Part shown: positions 60,350-64,000 of the stretch, piece after piece | Numbering within the stretch: the first letter of the stretch is position 1 | How the letters are laid out: each line of letters opens with the position of its first letter | Assembly (NCBI GenBank): GCA_913050245.1 | Contig: CAJWZJ010000005.1 | Coordinates: forward strand, 30,931-94,930 | DNA: 64,000 nt | DNA from: an uncultured bacterium | GTDB taxonomy: Bacteria > Desulfobacterota_D > UBA1144 | Reading direction: 5' to 3' | Program-made: the position numbers and the translations under genes | The notes under the pieces: model-generated | Told to the model about the DNA's origin: nothing | The model's database searches: none | What the model saw: only the letters and a program-made list of their open reading frames with translations

Positions 60350-61114
60350 TTATGTTCGAACCACCACATCATTTTTTATTAAATAATCTTTTACATCTTT
60401 TATACTGTATTCTCCAAAGTGAAAAATTGATGCGCAGAGTGCTGCATCGGCATTGCCTATTTGAAAAGCATCCTTGATGTGTTCAAGCTTACCAGCACCA
60501 CCAGAAGCGATAATAGGAATCTTTATCCATTCACTAATGGATTGAAGTGCCGATAAATCATATCCATCTTTGGTACCATCTTTATCCATAGAAGTTAAAA
60601 GTATTTCTCCAGCACCAAGGTTCTCCATTTTTTTAATCCATTCAATTGCATCTAATCCTGTCGGCTTTCTACCGCCATGTGTAAATACCTCCCAAGATTT
60701 AGTACCAACTAATTTAATATCAACCGCAACAACTATGCATTGTGAACCAAATTTTTTAGAAGCATTTTTTACTAATTCAGGCTCAGAAACAGCCGCAGTA
60801 TTAATTGAGACTTTATCTGCACCAGCTAATAAAAGGCTGCGAATATCATCTATCTTTCTAACACCGCCCCCAACAGTTAAAGGTACAAAAACCATATCTG
60901 CTGCTTTCTCAATAGTTTCAATCATTATTGATCTATTTTCATTAGATGCAGAAATATCAAGAAATGTAATTTCATCAGCACCATCTTCACTATATTTTTT
61001 TGCGATTTCGACTGGGTCACCAGCATCTATTAAATCTTCAAAATTTATTCCCTTTACAACTCTACCTTTGTCTATATCTAAGCATGGAATTATTCTTTTA
61101 GCTAACATTTTCAT
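60350..61114 (-). CDS. hisF: Imidazole glycerol phosphate synthase cyclase subunit
   Basis: [37 protein letters not shown]. Confidence 0.97.
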   Translation of the reverse strand: MKMLAKRIIPCLDIDKGRVVKGINFEDLIDAGDPVEIAKKYSEDGADEITFLDISASNENRSIMIETIEKAADMVFVPLTVGGGVRKIDDIRSLLLAGADKVSINTAAVSEPELVKNASKKFGSQCIVVAVDIKLVGTKSWEVFTHGGRKPTGLDAIEWIKKMENLGAGEILLTSMDKDGTKDGYDLSALQSISEWIKIPIIASGGAGKLEHIKDAFQIGNADAALCASIFHFGEYSIKDVKDYLIKNDVVVRT

Positions 61115-61829
61115 AATCCTGTATACATTTTTTCAGATCTATTTTATTTTCATATAAAGATTTTCCTAATATAACTCCAAAAATATTTTTATTTTTTAGT
61201 TCGCTTATAACCTTCAGATCATTTTCATCTTTTATTCCTCCCGAAATAATAAGTGGTATGTCAGAATTATTAAGATAATTACTCACTAAATTTTGATTAA
61301 ATCCTTCTAATGTTCCATCACGGTCAACTGAGGTAAGAATAATTAATCCAATATTTATTTCTTTAAATTTTTTAAGTGCGTCATTGAAATCCATTTCTAT
61401 CTTTTCGTTCCATCCGCGGACTGCGATTTTATTATCTTTAATATCTATACCAACCGCAATTTGTTTCCCGTATATTTTCGATACTTGATAAAGAAAATCA
61501 TTATCCTCAAAAGCAGATGTACCTAGAATGACTCTTTTTATTCCAAGCTTAAGATATGATTCTACTGTCGATATAGATCTAATTCCTCCCCCTATCTGAA
61601 TTCCACAACTAACTGATGTTGAAATCTCTTTAATTAAATCATAATTAATACTCTTTCCATTAATAGCTCCGTCAAGATCTACTAGATGTATAAGCTTTGC
61701 TCCCATCAACTCCCATTTCCTAGCAACATCGATTGGATTATCAGAATAAATCTTCTCTTTAGTAAAATCTCCTTTATAGAGTCTTACACATTTTCCGTTT
61801 TTTATGTCGATTGCAGGTATTAAAATCAT
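61098..61829 (-). CDS. hisA: ProFAR isomerase HisA
   Basis: [40 protein letters not shown]. Confidence 0.96.
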   Translation of the reverse strand: MILIPAIDIKNGKCVRLYKGDFTKEKIYSDNPIDVARKWELMGAKLIHLVDLDGAINGKSINYDLIKEISTSVSCGIQIGGGIRSISTVESYLKLGIKRVILGTSAFEDNDFLYQVSKIYGKQIAVGIDIKDNKIAVRGWNEKIEMDFNDALKKFKEINIGLIILTSVDRDGTLEGFNQNLVSNYLNNSDIPLIISGGIKDENDLKVISELKNKNIFGVILGKSLYENKIDLKKCIQDYENVS

Positions 61830-61875
61830 TATTCTACATTTTACAAAAATAAATTAATAAATTAAATTAAAAAAT

Positions 61876-62286
61876 ATGAAATATTGGTTAGTAAAATCCG
61901 AACCCTTTAAATATTCTTGGAACATGATGTTAAAGGATAAAGTAACTTACTGGGATGGGGTTCGCAATTATCAAGCAAGAAATAATCTAAAATCCATGAA
62001 AAAAGGGGATTTTGTAATGTTTTACCATAGCAATGAAGGTAAAGAAATTGTTGGAATAACAAAGGTTGTTAAAGAATTCTACCAAGACCCTACCACAAAT
62101 GATGATAGATGGGTTGTGGTAGATTTAAAAGTCTTTAAATCATTAAAAAGATCTATATCTTTACAAGAAATTAAAGGTGATAATAAATTAACAGATATTG
62201 GATTAATAAAACAATCCCGACTTTCGGTTATGGAGATTAGTAAACAACATTACGATCATATAATAAAATTGTCTAATGAAATATAA
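61876..62286 (+). CDS. EVE domain protein
   Basis: YWLVKSEP, WDGVRNYQARN, MFYHS, SRLSV. Confidence 0.95.
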   Translation: MKYWLVKSEPFKYSWNMMLKDKVTYWDGVRNYQARNNLKSMKKGDFVMFYHSNEGKEIVGITKVVKEFYQDPTTNDDRWVVVDLKVFKSLKRSISLQEIKGDNKLTDIGLIKQSRLSVMEISKQHYDHIIKLSNEI

Positions 62287-63232
62287 TGAAGAAGATTTAA
62301 TAAACGGAGTAAACTCAGGGAACAGAGTTTCTCTATCTAGAACAATTAGTTTAATAGAAAGTGATAAATCTGCCATTTTCAGAATTATAAACTCCTTGAA
62401 CAAAAGATCTCAATCATCTTATGTAGTTGGAATTACTGGTCCACCTGGTGCAGGCAAAAGTACTTTAACTAATAGACTAATTCAAAATTTTAGATCAAAA
62501 AAATTAACGGTTGCAGTTTTAGCAGTTGATCCAAGCAGTCCTTTTACAGGTGGTGCTGTTTTAGGAGATAGGATAAGAATGCAGGAACATGCATTGGACG
62601 ATGGTGTTTTTATTAGAAGTATAGGAAGCAGAGGTGATTTAGGTGGTCTTTCTAGTGCAACATCAGGAATAATAAAACTTTTTGATGCCTTTGGAATTGA
62701 TATAATAATTATAGAAACAGTTGGAGTAGGACAAACGGAACTGGATATTATAAAAATTTCAGATTGTGTTTTAGTTACGTTAGTTCCGGAAGCAGGAGAT
62801 GGAGTCCAAGCAATGAAAGCAGGCTTGATGGAAATTGGCGACGTTTTTGTAGTTAACAAAGCTGATAGAGGCGGAGCAGAAAAATTAGCAAGAGAGATTG
62901 ACTATATGATTTCACTTAAACACAAGGAAGTTAAATGGAGTACGAAAGTTATTCTTGCTGAAGCTGAGAATAATATTGGAACAGATGATATTGTTGCAGA
63001 AATTGAATCATTTAGAAAATTCGAAACTGATAATAATATATTAATTGAAAAAAGAGCAAAGAGAAAACTTTCAGAAATCGAAACGTTATTATTCCAGCGT
63101 ATGAAATATGAACTAGAGAATTTAAAACAAGACAAGGAAGTTAAAAAAATAATGTCATTAGTCGCCAAGTCAGACATTGAACCTGAGGAAGCGGTAAATA
63201 TGATAATTAAACTTTTTAAAAATAATTTTTAA
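62276..63232 (+). CDS. meaB: Acyl-CoA mutase-associated GTPase MeaB/ArgK
   Basis: GITGPPGAGKST, AVDPSSPFTGGAVLGDRIRM, ETVGVGQ, VNKADR. Confidence 0.94.
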   Translation: MKYNEEDLINGVNSGNRVSLSRTISLIESDKSAIFRIINSLNKRSQSSYVVGITGPPGAGKSTLTNRLIQNFRSKKLTVAVLAVDPSSPFTGGAVLGDRIRMQEHALDDGVFIRSIGSRGDLGGLSSATSGIIKLFDAFGIDIIIIETVGVGQTELDIIKISDCVLVTLVPEAGDGVQAMKAGLMEIGDVFVVNKADRGGAEKLAREIDYMISLKHKEVKWSTKVILAEAENNIGTDDIVAEIESFRKFETDNNILIEKRAKRKLSEIETLLFQRMKYELENLKQDKEVKKIMSLVAKSDIEPEEAVNMIIKLFKNNF

Positions 63233-63234
63233 TT

Positions 63235-64000
63235 TTGAGAAAAATATTAATAAATAAAACTTTAGATCAAATTAAAATAGCTATTATTGATAATAATTTA
63301 TTAGCTCATTATTTCATGGAATATGAAGAAATCCAACAAACAATTCGAGGAAATATTTATAAAGCAAAGATCGATCCTAACGCTAAAGGTATGGATGCTT
63401 CTTTTATAGATATAGGTGTTGGAAGATCTGCTTTTTTATCAAAGTTCAACCCTTTCCAGAAGGAAATGGATAATACAAAAGGAAGTTATAAGATATTCTC
63501 AAAGGATTTTTTACTAGTTCAGGCCGTGAGTGACTATGATCCCAGAAAAGCACCGAAAGTATCTGATTTTATTGCATTACCATCAAAATACTGTGTTATT
63601 GTCAGTAAACCGAAATTTTTTGGAATTTCTAAAAAAATTGATGGTGAAAAAGAGAGAAAAAGATTTAATTCATTGAAAAAATTAGCTAATAAAGATTGTG
63701 GAATTATCTTGCGAACTTCTTCTATAAATAAAAAAATAAAAGATATTAAGCATGATATATCTGAAACGAAAAAAAGGTGGAGAGATATCATACGAGATTT
63801 TAAAAAAAATGACTTATTTGGAATTCTTCATCAGGAAAAAAGTATCTTAGATAATTTGTTTAGAGAATATATAAATAATAATGAAAAAACATTTATAGAA
63901 ACTGACTCAAGATATATCTATAATAAATTAAAAAAAGATTCCAATAAAAATATTCAAATAAAACTTGCTATTAAAAATAAAGAATTATTTAAAAAATATA
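63235..64000 (+). CDS. Rne/Rng-family ribonuclease, 5' part (runs off the window edge)
   Basis: Manual translation from TTG 63235: ILINK..IKIAII, RGNIYKAKI..GMDASFIDIGVGRSAFL (S1 domain), GIILRTSS. Not in the ORF track. Confidence 0.85.
   Translation, partial: MRKILINKTLDQIKIAIIDNNLLAHYFMEYEEIQQTIRGNIYKAKIDPNAKGMDASFIDIGVGRSAFLSKFNPFQKEMDNTKGSYKIFSKDFLLVQAVSDYDPRKAPKVSDFIALPSKYCVIVSKPKFFGISKKIDGEKERKRFNSLKKLANKDCGIILRTSSINKKIKDIKHDISETKKRWRDIIRDFKKNDLFGILHQEKSILDNLFREYINNNEKTFIETDSRYIYNKLKKDSNKNIQIKLAIKNKELFKKY

Overview
A very AT-rich (roughly 30% GC by eye), gene-dense bacterial chromosome segment with almost no intergenic space and no phage, IS, CRISPR or rRNA signal. The gene content suggests a streamlined deltaproteobacterial-type lineage such as marine Dadabacteria; this is inference only and was not tested. 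Most genes are housekeeping: the futalosine menaquinone pathway in two clusters (mqnE-ubiD-ubiX-ubiA; deaminase, mqnD, mqnA), argJ, proB, hom, dapF, hisA/hisF, recO, gyrA, rnc, rny, an Rne/Rng gene, glyQ/glyS, prfA, miaB, trmFO, ppdK, an NtrB/NtrC-like pair and six tRNAs (His, Arg, Pro, Ala, Gly, Phe). The most interesting signals are: (1) a MoxR/RavA-like AAA+ gene and a vWA gene joined by an A10 / A_AAA_AAG slippery site whose -1 frame is open through an acidic linker, which predicts a short AAA+ protein plus a 700-aa AAA-linker-vWA fusion by recoding; (2) a divergent porin, FMN-binding protein, His-containing membrane protein, secreted protein and ApbE flavinylation locus, with a non-canonical flavinylation motif, a 19-bp operator-like palindrome and an embedded GC-rich structured RNA candidate; (3) a likely AUU start codon for gyrA; (4) a U9-tract frameshift in a PhzF-family gene; (5) a sigma54 promoter before a second porin, together with an NtrC-like activator whose HTH looks degenerate; (6) many apparently leaderless transcripts; (7) an archaeal-type CDC48 ATPase; (8) no 6S RNA at its usual zapA-ygfA site. 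No database searches or folding computations were run.
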